Source: Isurus oxyrinchus (taxonomy: Eukaryota). Taken from it: a DNA stretch of 64,000 bases. The notes under the pieces were generated by a model. That model saw only the letters and a list, made by a program, of their open reading frames with translations, was not told the DNA's origin and made no database searches. Positions 1-10,164 of the stretch are shown one piece after another (position 1 is the stretch's first letter; the number at the start of each line of letters is the position of its first letter). The DNA is taken from the NCBI GenBank assembly GCA_026770705.1, contig JANJGN010001481.1, positions 62,001 to 126,000 on the forward strand, read 5' to 3'. A program made the position numbers and the translations under genes.

Positions 1-20
1 GAATACTTTTATATTTACAG

Positions 21-478
21 TTGTTGAACTCAATATTCAGACCGGAAGGCTGTAAGGTGCCTAGTCGGAAGATGAGGTGTTGTTCCTCCAGTTTGCGTTG
101 GGTTTCACTGGAACAATGCAGCAAGCCAAGGACAGACATGTGGGCAAGAGAGCAGGGTGGAGTGTTAAAATGGCAAGTGACAGGGAGGTTTGGGTCATTC
201 TTGCGGACAGACCGCAGGTGTTCTGCAAAGCGGTCGCCCAGTTTACGTTTGGTCTCTCCAATGTAGAGGAGACCACATTGGGAGCTGCGAATGCACAGGA
301 CTAAACTGAGGGAAATGCAAGTGAAATGTTGCTTCACTTGAAAGGAGTGTTTGAGCCCTTGGACGGTGAGGAGAGAGGAAGTGAAGGGGCAGGTGTTGCA
401 CCTTCTGCGGTTGCATGGGAAGGTGCCGTGGGAGGGGGTTGAGGTGTAGAGAGTGATGGAGGAGTGGACCAGGGTGGG
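21..478 (-). mobile_element. Penelope-like element fragment (GIY-YIG endonuclease C-terminal part)
   Basis: Near-identical to the endonuclease region of the PLE copies at 5193-5693 and 18420-18900 (YIGETKRKLGDRFAEH...LNIEFNN), with frame disruptions. Confidence 0.85.
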
Positions 479-1078
479 ACAAGGGTAAGGGGATTGGTAG
501 TGTGATTTTCCCTCATTCTGCCGTGTGTTCCCCATTCTTAACCAAGTGTACTTTGAAAGTCTATATAATCTCAGTGTAATCCTAATGTTATAAATTCATT
601 TGTGACTTGAATAAACTCAGCTTTTCTCTTGCATCAAAACCAGGTGTCTGCTGTACTTTGTCACAAGCCCCAAATAAGTCCAAGGTCTAGAACCCAGGGA
701 GAGGGAGCGATTCGAACCGCTCAGAAGTCACAGGTGAATCTGACACACACACCACCACCCCCTACAGATGGCACTGATCTTGTTTGATGGACAGTCCATT
801 GGGGAATGAAAGCAGCTTCTAATTTTACTGATCAACTAGCGTGACCAGGATTTTCCAGACTTTGGAGCTATTGGATTCAATCTCAAAAACAAAGTTTTCA
901 CAACAAGGACCGAACACGCTCTCGATATGTGCTTGATCATTCGAAAAGAGTGTCACAACCTCTCTATCCCCGAGGTGATCCCATAGGGTATAAATTAGAG
1001 GATCTGGGACTGTATCAGCTCACAGTTAAATGCAGAGAGATTGCCTTAAGCACCAAGGGAAACATCACTTCACAGAAT

Positions 1079-3285
1079 ATGCTTCTCCCAATTCAAGTCG
1101 CTCAGAAAATATATTACATGATCCTTGCTGTTATTGGTGTTCAAGGTAAGCAACTGTAACCATTGAAGCTGTGTAAATGTGTGTGTGTGCCCCTCTCTGG
1201 ATTTATTTGTGGTTGATAATGTTAAATGCGGATCCAGTGTACACAGTATCCAGACACCCGACCTGTGATATCACCTTCTACACAGGAGCATCAAAAAGTT
1301 GTTGCAACATTAATTGACGGAAATGAATATTTCTGTTTAAGACCCATAGCCAAGTGAAATGATCACATTTAGTGTAATACTGTAGAATATGGTCACAACA
1401 ATCAGTGCTGGAAACTGTTGTGGATTTTTGTGGAGGGGACATGAGTCATTGTGGAATTTTACTGTGTGTGGATCCACAACCAAAAAGCTCCGTCTGACCT
1501 CACTGTGTTACTGGGAGCACCTGTGAGCGCACAATAGTACTGAGCGTGGACCATTAATTGAGTAAAATAAGCGTCGTTTTAATATAAATTTTGAAATGTT
1601 GATTTTAGGTCATTGACCTCTCCATCCCATTGAACTGACACTTCTTCCACAGATGGTAATAAGTTGCAAAGGGGTCACAATTGTTGAAGTTTCGCTCTAA
1701 GAGGAGAAACTGAAATCCATCAACATTTTTCCATTTTCTATTGAACTACCCAAACAGGAACGTTACTTAACTATTTACTGACAGTTACCCAGCAGGTCAG
1801 CAACAGTATCAATAACGTCCAATATTTACATTCAATATTGATTGATTCAAATCAATATTTAACAGTATCAAATTGACTGTATCATGGGGATCCTTTATTC
1901 TGAGTATTGTTACAGGAAACACTCTGCATGTTATAACGTTAATTCATCCCCTTCCCCCAACATATCTGTGACAAGCTGAGAGCCATGAGTGCTGAGTTTT
2001 ATTATCTGTCTATTTCTCATGATTAATATTGGACTTAATGTGTAGGATTTGGGTCAGCACTCTTTATGAAGGGACAGAGAGAGAGAACATAACAACAATA
2101 ACAGACATGTTGGCCTGACATCAGTGGTACTCAGATCTATTATAAATGATGTGCACTGGGCACTTAGAAATATGGGGCAAGATTCGGAAGAGTTGACATT
2201 GATTTTGAAAGGGAAGTCATGTTTGACAAATCTCTGATTTTTAAAAAACATTATTGACTGACCCAAACGCAACCCACACTTTTATGGCCCTAAAATCCTG
2301 TCATTATCGTCTAGCTCAGGCACAGAGAATGTCGTACAGTCATGTCCATCTATTTTCCCTTTTCTCTCTTACAGTTAATTTACTGGCAACTGTGATCCTA
2401 TCCAGGGGAAAGTGTGGTCTCTCCACCTGCATCACTCGTTATCTGGTGGCCATGGCAATAGCGGATTTACTGGTCATCATCACTGAGGTCATACTGTTTC
2501 AGGTCAATTTTTATTACTTCCCAAGGTGTTTCCTGGACATCACCCCTGTGTGTACTGTTACCTACATCCTGAGACGTGCAGCCATTGACTGTTCAGTCTG
2601 GTTCACCGTCACTTTCTCCTGTGACCGATTTGTGGCCATTTGCTGCCAGAAGCTGGGAACAAAATATTGCACCGGGAAAACTGCGGCTGTGGTCCTAGCA
2701 ACAACCGGCACTCTGCTCTGTGCAAAGAACATCCCCTTCTACTTCACATTTGAACCTGGAATGATAATCGACAATGTACCGTGGTTCTGTTACGATAATC
2801 CAAGCTATTATACTGATCCCGGATGGATTGGATTTGACTGGTTTGATACAGTTTTAACCCCAATGATCCCAATCGCTTTCATTCTGTTCCTCAACACCCT
2901 GACAGTCAGACACATTTTAGTGACCAGTCGAGTCCGTAAGGGTCTGAGGGGTCAGAGCAAGGGAGAGAATCACAGTGACCCAGAGATGGAGAGTCGAAGG
3001 AAGTCTGTGATTTTACTCTTCACCATCTCGGGCAGCTTCATCCTCCTGTGGTTGCTGTTGGTTATCGATTTCTTATATTACACCATCACAGGAACAGACA
3101 TCAATTATTACACTGTATCGGAATATACATTTCAACAATTCGGGTATATGCTGCGGAATTTAAGTTGCTGCACAAACACATTTATTTATGGGGTGACTCA
3201 GTCCAGGTTCAGGGAGCAGGTCAAGAGCGCTGCCAAATACCCGGTTACTTCGATTATTCGGTTCATGAACAAACCGAATAACTGA
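1079..3285 (+). CDS. Two-exon class A GPCR, GPR139/GPR142-like (exon 1 1079-1145, exon 2 2375-3285, ~325 aa)
   Basis: Exon 1 MLLPIQVAQKIYYMILAVIGVQ ends in G|gtaag. A polypyrimidine tract plus acag acceptor at 2374 rejoins in phase 1 to VNLLATVIL. Seven hydrophobic segments with MAIADL (TM2), DRF (TM3), P in TM5 and NTFIY (TM7). The family call is from recognition, not a search. Confidence 0.85.
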
Positions 3286-3514
3286 AAGCAGGTCCATGGC
3301 AGGTTCCACTGTTTCCAGTCCATTCAGAGAAGATTGATCCCCAAATCTCGCAATGGACACATGACCAAGATCGGTGCAGGGCCGGGCGGGTTTGTGGTGG
3401 TCGGAGGGCTGGAGGCAGTCCTTTTGAAGGCACTGCCTGAGGTGGGGTGGCAGAGGCATAAACCCTCACAACATTTATAAGGTGTTTCCATGGGCACTTG
3501 AAACACTGTAGCAC

Positions 3515-3625
3515 ACAGGGCTAGGGGGCCAAGTGCTGAAAAATGGGATTAGAATAGATAGGGGCTGGATGGCCAGCATGGACACGATGGGCCGAAGGGC
3601 CTGTTTCTGTGCTGTATAAGTCTAT
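3515..3625 (+). mobile_element. 3' tail of a CR1-type LINE or a related SINE
   Basis: GGACACGATGGGCCGAAGGGCCTGTTTCTGTGCTGTAT resembles the conserved 3' terminus of elasmobranch CR1/HER1-HE1 elements (recalled consensus). Confidence 0.6.
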
Positions 3626-3647
3626 CAGCATTTTTCTTCAAATCAGG

Positions 3648-4345
3648 GAGATTCAGGTTCGGTCTGTCCGCAAGCTTAACCCAGACCTCCCTGTCGCTTG
3701 CCATTTCAACACTCCACCCTGCTCTCTTGCCCACATGTCTGTCCTTGGCTTGCTGCATTGTTCCAGTGAAGCCCAACGCAAACTGGAGGAACAACACCTC
3801 ATCTTCCGACTAGGCACCTTACAGCCTTCCGGACTGAATATTGAATTCAACAATTTCAGAACATGAACTCTCTCCTCCAAACCCACCCCCTTCCCGGTCC
3901 CCTTTATCCAATCATTTAGAAATTTTTTATAACTGTATTTTTTTTCTTTTCCCTCCTATTTTTGAATTAATTTCGATCCATTGTTTCATCTCCACCATTT
4001 AGCCTGCTTTGATCCCTTCCCCCCACCCCTCCCCCACTAGGGCCATCAGCCACTAGCTTGCTACCCTTAATGTCCCCATTAGCACATCCTTTAGATAATA
4101 TCACCACTGTCACCATCCATTGTCCATTTGTCTATGATGTCTTTGGCAGATTCCTCTTGGCCTCCACCTATCACTGGCCCCCCTAGCGAGCTCTCCTGCC
4201 CAACCCCCATCTACCAGCTTATATCTCATCTAATTTCTATATGTCTTAGTCCTGAGGAAGGGTCACTCGGACTCGAGACGTTAACTGTTTCTCTCTCCGC
4301 AGACGCTGTCTGACCCACAGAGTTTTCCAGCTATTTTTGCTTTGG
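3648..4345 (+). mobile_element. Penelope-like element 3' fragment (endonuclease end plus 3' UTR with degenerate hammerhead motif at 4248-4286)
   Basis: Encodes RSVRKLNPDLPVACHFNTPP...SGLNIEFNNFR. The UTR differs from the minus-strand copies and ends in CTGAGGA-AGGGTC..GACTC-GAGACGTTAACT. Confidence 0.8.
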
Positions 4346-4419
4346 CTCTAGATTCAGGTTCAACTGACCCGACAAATCCACCTTCAACAAACCCATCTCC
4401 CTCACCTCGCCTCTCCCCT

Positions 4420-4620
4420 ACCCTCCTTGCTGACCCTCAGTTAGCACCCCCCGTGCTTTGACCCTTGCCCCCTCCTTGTTGTCCCTAAGTTAGCACCCAC
4501 CGTCATTTGACCCTTGCCCCCTCCTTGTTGACCATCAGTTAGCCCCCTGTCCTTTCACCCTTGCCCCCACCTTGTTGACCCTCAGTTAGCCCCACACCCA
4601 CTATCCTTTGACACTTGACT
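4420..4620. repeat. Degenerate ~47-bp tandem repeat, ~4 copies
   Basis: Recurrent TTTGACCCTTGCCCCCTCCTTGTTGACCCTCAGTTAGC. Confidence 0.7.
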
Positions 4621-4629
4621 CCTGTCGGT

Positions 4630-4725
4630 TGAGCTGCGCTTGCGCGGGCCGCCTCTGTGGCCCTCACCTCCTCTCTGTGATCTCACTTCCTCCCCTCCAC
4701 GTTGCCCTCTGGGAATTGTAGTCCT
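4630..4725. promoter_or_regulatory. Cluster of housekeeping-promoter motifs (NRF1-like, ETS, ZNF143/THAP11)
   Basis: TGCGCTTGCGC 4635-4645, CACTTCC 4684-4690, and CTGGGAATTGTAGTCC 4709-4724 (= GGACTACAATTCCCAG). Confidence 0.5.
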
Positions 4726-4740
4726 CCCCCAGCCACCAGA

Positions 4741-6992
4741 GGAAAAGAGAGGACGTTTCGAGTCCTCATGACCCTTCGACAGAACTAGGTGAATCTAAGG
4801 AAGGGGTGAAATATAAGCTGGTTTAAGGTGGGGGTGGGGGGTTGGGGGGAGAGGTGTGGGTTGGGTGGGGGGAGAGAAGTGGAGCGGGGGGTGTGGTTGT
4901 AGGGACAAACAAGCAGTGATAGAAGCAGATCAACAAAAGATGTCACAGACAACAGAACAAAAGAACACATAGGTGTTAAAGTTGGTGATATTATCTAAAC
5001 GAATGTGCTAATTAAGAATGGATGGTAGGGCACTCAAGGTACAGCTCTAGTGGGGGTGGGGGGAGCATAAAAGATTTAAAAATATTTAAAATTAATGGAA
5101 ATAGCTGGTAAAAAGACAAATCTATATAATTTATTGGAAAAAAAACAAAAGGAAGGGGGAAACAGAAAGGGGGCGGGGATGGGGGAGGGAGCTCACGACC
5201 AAAAGTTGTTGAATTCAATATTCAGACCGGAAGGCTGTAAGGTGCCTAGTCGGAAGATGAGGTGCTGTTCCTCCAGTTTGCGTTGGGCTTCACTGGAACA
5301 ATGCAGCAAGCCAAGGACAGACATGTGGACAAGAGAGCAGGGTGGAGTGTTAAAATGGCAAGCGGCAGGGAGGTTTGGGTCATTCTTGCGGACAGACCGC
5401 AGGTGTTCTGCAAAGCAGTCGCCCAGTTTACGTTTGGTCTCTCCAATGTAGAGGAGACCACATTGGGAGCAACGAATGCAGTAGACTAAGTTGGGGGAAA
5501 TGCAAGTGAAATGTTGCTTCACTGGAAAGGAGTGTTTGGGCCCTTGGACGGTGAGGAGAGAGGAAGTGAAGGGGCAGGTGTTACATCTTTTGCGTGGGCA
5601 TGGGGTGGTGCCATAGGAGAGGGTTGAGGAGTAGCGGGTGATGGAGGAGTGGACCAGGGTGTCCCTGAGGGAATGATCCCTGCGGAATGCCACCGTGGGA
5701 GTGAAAGTGAAGATGTGTTTGGTGGTGGCATCATGCTGGAGTTGGCGGAAATGGCGGAGGATGATCCTTTGAATGCGGAGGCTGGTGGGGTGATAAGTGA
5801 GGACAAGGGGGACACTATCATGTTTCTGGGAGGGAGGAGAAGGCGTGAGGGCGGATGCGCGGGAGATGGGCCGGACACGGTTGAGGGCCCTTTCAACGAC
5901 CGTGGGTGGAAAACCTCAGTTTAGGAAGAAGGAGGACATGTCAGAGGAACTGTTTTTGAAAGTAGCATCATCGGAACAGATGTGACGGAGGCGAAGGAAC
6001 TGAGAGAATGGGATGGAGTCCTTACAGGAAGCGGGGTGTGAGGAGCTGTAGTCGAGGTAGCTGTGGGAGTCGGTGGGTTTGTAATGGATATTGGTGGACA
6101 GTCTATCACCAGAGATTGAGACAGAGAGGTCAAGGAAGGGAATGGAAGTGTCAGAGATGGACCATGTGAAAATGACGGAGGGATGGAGATTGGAAGCAAA
6201 ATTAATAAATTTTTCCAAGTCCCGACGAGAGCATGAAGCGGCACCGAAGTAATCATCGATGTACCGGAGAAAGAGTTGTGGAAGGGGGCTGGAGTAAGAC
6301 TGGAGCAAGGAATGTTCCACATACCCCATAAAGAGACAGGCATAGCTGGGGCCCATGTGGGTACCCATAGCCACACCTTTTATTTGGAGGATGTGAGAGG
6401 AGTTGAAGGAGAAATTGTTCAACGTGAGAACAAGTTCAGCCAGACGGAGGAGAGTAGTGGTGGATGGGGATTGTTCGGGCCTCTGTTCGAGGAAGAAGCT
6501 AAGGGCCCTCAGACCATCCTGGTGGGGGATGGAGGTGTAGAGGGATTGGACGTCCATGGTGAAGAGGAAGCGGTTGGGGCCAGGGAACTGGAAATTGTTG
6601 ATGTGACGTAAGGTGTCAGAGGAATCACGGATGTAGGTGGGAAGGGACTGGACAAGGGGAGAGAGAAGGGAGTCAAGATAACGAGAAATGAGTTCTGTGG
6701 GGCAGGAGCAAGCTGAGACGATCGGTCTGCCAGAGCAGTTCGGTTTGTGGATTTTGGGTAGGAGATAGAAGCGGGCCGTCCGAGGTTGGGCGACTATCAG
6801 GTTGGAAGCTGTGGGAGGGAGATCCCCAGAGGAGATGAGGTCAGTGACAGTCCTGGAAACAATGGCTTGATGTTCAGTGGTGGGGTCATGGTCCAGGGAG
6901 AGGTAGGAGGAAGTGTCTGCGAGTTGACGCTCAGCCTCCGCGAGGTAGAGGTCAGTGCGCCAGACAACAACAGCACCACCCATGTCAGCGGG
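4741..6992 (-). mobile_element. 5'-truncated Penelope-like element P0 (RT + GIY-YIG + 3' UTR), disrupted
   Basis: RT motifs GRPIVS, MDVQSLYTSIP, GVAMG, RYIDD, FLD and endonuclease motif NLVYCIRCSQCGLLYIGETKR. Premature stop at 5916-5918. Confidence 0.93.
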
Positions 6993-7270
6993 AAGGGGGG
7001 AGTGGAAGGAGGGGGGAAGGAGAAGGGGAAGGGGTGGGGGGAGGGTGCAGTGAGTGGGGGAATGGGGGGAGCGAGTGGGGGCAGTGGGATGGAGGGTGAG
7101 TGGTTGGAGGGGGTGGGGGGCCTGGGGGGTGGGGGAGGGGGTGGGGGTATTGGGGGCAGTTGGGGATGGGTGGAGTGGGGAGGGGTCAGTGGGGGGTGGG
7201 GGGGGTGGGGGGAGTGGAGAGGGGGGAGTGGGGGGTGGGGGGAGTGGGGGGTGTAGAGAGAGAGAGAGAG
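6993..7270 (+). repeat. G-rich low-complexity tract plus (AG)n; other copies at 13643-13866, 20220-20473, 30305-30778, 37131-37388, 43768-43971, 50935-51604, 59205-59851
   Basis: Runs of G3-G6 separated by short spacers. Always followed by (AG)n and TTGCTAGTTTCCC. Confidence 0.9.
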
Positions 7271-7569
7271 TTTGCTAGTTTCCCTCCAGCCTGTGTATGA
7301 AGATTTGCTTCACACAAACCTCCCCGAAAGGACTTGCGCTTCTTATTTGAAGTGTTAACGCGCCAGCTTATATCTCATTTGGAAGGTGATTATTATTCTG
7401 GTTGGATTTGTTAATATTATTTTTGATTGGCCAGCTGGATTTTACCATTTCACAGTGAGGTAATTTGGTAAAGGAGAGAGAGAGCGGTTAATGATGGATT
7501 CTTCATGGAGATTTGGAGCTGACCAGCTCACAGCCCTATCAGGACTGGCTCCTGGTTTCATGTCCGAGT

Positions 7570-7720
7570 CCCTGTGAACACCAGCAGCGCAGGGACAAGC
7601 CGCAGTGTCTGTGGGAACATTGGAAAAGCACAGATTAGGCACTGCTGGAATGAGATGAACTCTCAGAACAGTTTCAAATAGGTGCGATAGGCCGGGGGGG
7701 AGGGGGTTGCCCTGTATAAT
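7570..7720 (-). pseudogene. Ghost V-segment relic with heptamer; other copies start at 14163, 20771, 31075, 37686, 44269, 51902, 60151
   Basis: Translates as ...NLCFSNVPTDTAACPCAAGV then CACAGGG-ACTCGGACA, versus the real V ...LTDTAVYYCAAGE then CACAGAG-ACTCAAACA. No nonamer. Confidence 0.65.
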
Positions 7721-7955
7721 CCGCAGCTTATTCCAGCCTCTTTGTTTTTATTGGTCTTCATTATGGAAAGGATTTGCTGTGGGAGGTAGGTTTGGACTTG
7801 TCATTCAGGTCAGACTGAAAGGCGTTGGGACGTTTTATCCACTGGGAAGGTTGCAGTAAAAACCACATAGATCTTCACCAATATCCAGGTGGTTGCAGCA
7901 CCACCACTTACTGGAGTTTACAGAGGTTTTAGCTCCCAGTAGAACAGAGTGGGGA

Positions 7956-7994
7956 TGTTTTTGAACAAGATCTACACCTGTTTGAGTCTCTGTG
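7956..7994 (-). promoter_or_regulatory. 23-RSS of V1; identical copies at 14548-14586, 21156-21194, 31460-31498, 38071-38109, 44656-44694, 52287-52325, 60536-60574
   Basis: Heptamer CACAGAG, 23-nt spacer ACTCAAACAGGTGTAGATCTTGT, nonamer TCAAAAACA, directly after YYCAA(G/S)E. Confidence 0.93.
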
Positions 7995-8924
7995 TTCACC
8001 AGCAGCGCAGTAATAAACCGCAGTGTCAGTCAGCTCCACGCTCAGTATTTTCAGGCTGCACAACTTAATCTCGGTTCTGGTGACATTAAACCTCTTCTTG
8101 AACCCCTCTTCAGGCCTGGGCTCTGAGGTACGCACCGAGGTGACCATGAGCTGCAGCCCTGCTCCGGGGTGCTGCCGATACCAGTACATGTAGGTCTCGC
8201 TGGTATCGTTCTGGTAACAGCCCATCTCCACCGTGTCCCCCTCTCTAACGGACAGACGGCTCGGCCACTGGGAAACCAGGGCGCTCCTGCAGGAGGCTGA
8301 GGAGGGAGGTGAGAGACAGAGCGGATCAGAAATGAACTGGCACCATCAGGATGTGGAGAAAGCTATTGTCGAATCTCACAGCGCAGCTCTCGGTCGCTCA
8401 GCTCCCTTCACCCAGAAACAGAACCATAATGTCTGGGTGCCCAGTGTCGCCCCAGCTCAGTGGTAGCGGCGCTCTCTGGAGATACTTGTCCTGGGTGCAG
8501 ATTTGTGTGCAATACTCCTGCCCAGCAGCTTCCCATACCCCACACCGCTAACTCTGCCGCGTTCGCCGCGCCCCACACACTTTAACTCTCCAGTGAGACG
8601 GAATCTTCCTGCTCAGTGAGGCTGCTCACCTCCCCAGCTCGGCTGCCAAGGGGCTTTGCATTTGTATGTAGTCCTATCCCCTTTCCCTCAACCCTTTGTC
8701 CAGCAGATATTCCCCGCCCGTCTATTGTTCCCAGTTACTTTGGCAGAATGCAACTTCCGCACTATGACTGGCAACACCGAGCTCAACAATATCCAATTCT
8801 ACAAATGATCCAACTGAATGAATTGTCGCTTCAGCAACAGGGAGCCCTTTCCCCCTTACAAATATTCATTGTAACCTGGTAGCAGCAGCAGCAACAGTGG
8901 AGAGAGATTCACTGTCCAGCCCAT
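7995..8924 (-). CDS. TCR V gene segment V1, type A, probably TCR-beta (leader 8876-8924, V exon 7995-8296)
   Basis: Spliced MGWTVNLSPLLLLLLPASCRS-ALVSQWPSRLSVREGDTVEMGCYQNDTSETYMYWYRQ...DTAVYYCAAGE. Canonical Cys/Trp/Cys, GT-AG phase-1 intron, 23-RSS. Confidence 0.92.
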
Positions 8925-9025
8925 GATGCGGGACTTTCACACGCTCTCTCAAACTCGCAGCTTCGCCCGCTTTCACAGACTGGAGTTATACTGCCGCTGC
9001 GCCTCGTGATATGGCTGCGTGCGGA

Positions 9026-9035
9026 AGTGATGTCA
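9026..9035. promoter_or_regulatory. TCR V-beta promoter decamer (CRE-like) overlapping an ETS site; copies at 15618, 22226, 32530, 39141, 61606
   Basis: AGTGATGTCA matches the AGTGAYRTCA decamer of V-beta promoters, here inverted relative to the gene. It sits within CGGAAGTGATGTCA ~100 nt upstream of the ATG, with TATAA (minus strand) at 8986-8990. Confidence 0.75.
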
Positions 9036-10164
9036 TTGGAAGCTCACTCAACAGGACAGGTCCTTGCTGATCAAAGCACAGCAGGTGGCCCTTCCGTAGC
9101 CGGCCAGGTGAGAAGGATGAATATCCAGCTCTGACTGCCATGTGGAAATTGGATCCATGGCCGGAATTTACTCAGGGGCTTTTGTTTCCTTATTTGTTCC
9201 CGGGATGTGGCCTTCACTGGCCCAGCCCAGCAATTATAGCCCGTTCCTAACTGGGAAGGAATGTTCCAGTCAAAGCGCCCTAGGAAGGTCCTGCCTCGCT
9301 TGTTGAATGTCGCCCCGCCTTTCGCTTGGCTGTGGAAGTGGCTGCATATCATGGAGGTCCAGAGAAAACCCCCTCCCCCATTGTCCCTCCAAACAAGGCA
9401 GATGACTCTTTCCTGCCTGGTCACTGGGTGGGGTTAACAATACAGGTGGTCAGGCTGCCTGGCAATGTGCATTGTGTTACAGATGATTGGTTGCAAAGAT
9501 TGGAACGCATGTGGCCTGTGGAGAGATAGTTCATGTGGAAACCCTGTCCAATCCTCTCGAGTTGGTCTAATGTCTCCACTCGGCAGCTCAGGCTCTCTGC
9601 ACAGGGAACTGACTTTGACGTCCCATAACAAGCTATTGCTCTTACCCGACAGTATAAGTAGCAGCGAGGAAACACGGACAGCCATTATTCAGCCAGATCA
9701 AGCTGCGAGCCGATCTGATAGATATGTTCCACATTAGGGCCATGGTTAGATTTGGGACTGAAGCTTTTCCCCTTGACAATAATCTAAGGGAACGGGGGTC
9801 GCCGATTAAAGTGGATTCATAAACGGCCGACAGGGGAGATTCAGGTGATTTTTAATTCTAACTGATTGTGTTATTAAGAGGTTACAGGAAGCAGATACAG
9901 CGGGAACTTTGAGAAGAGATTTGAATGGAACATTATTTCCCTGTCGCTTTGAGGGAATGGAATTACTGAGAAGGGATATGAAGCAGTTTGAACTGAACAC
10001 TGTCCCCGTGTTAACCTTCATCTTTCACTCGAGCTAATTCCCTCCGCTTTGGGAGGTGCTGAGTTTGGGGTTCCGAACTGTTGAGAAGCTGAGACATTGT
10101 TCTAGCCAGTCACAATCTTGTGGGAAATCCGACACCCTTCATCAATGATCTGGTGACTTTTACC

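Noticed and set aside
2254-2374. N-terminal 40 aa of the 343-aa GPCR ORF
   Set aside because: This is intronic read-through. The real N-terminus is exon 1 at 1079-1145.
7840-7864. Possible plus-strand RSS (CACTGGG...GTAAAAACC) suggesting a D segment
   Set aside because: The spacer is 9 nt, not 12 or 23, and there is no paired RSS.
7929-7994. ORF extension HRDSNRCRSCSKTSPLCSTGS as a secreted single-domain protein tail
   Set aside because: It is simply translation through the RSS.
7570-8296. NAR-TCR-like double-V arrangement (V plus supporting V)
   Set aside because: The downstream V is a decayed relic without a nonamer, there are no intervening D/J segments, and the upstream V does not look like a NAR V.
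8654-8667. Octamer-like motifs (CTTTGCAT, ATTTGTAT) suggesting Ig V genes
   Set aside because: They are imperfect and intronic. The decamer, protein motifs and gene layout fit TCR better.
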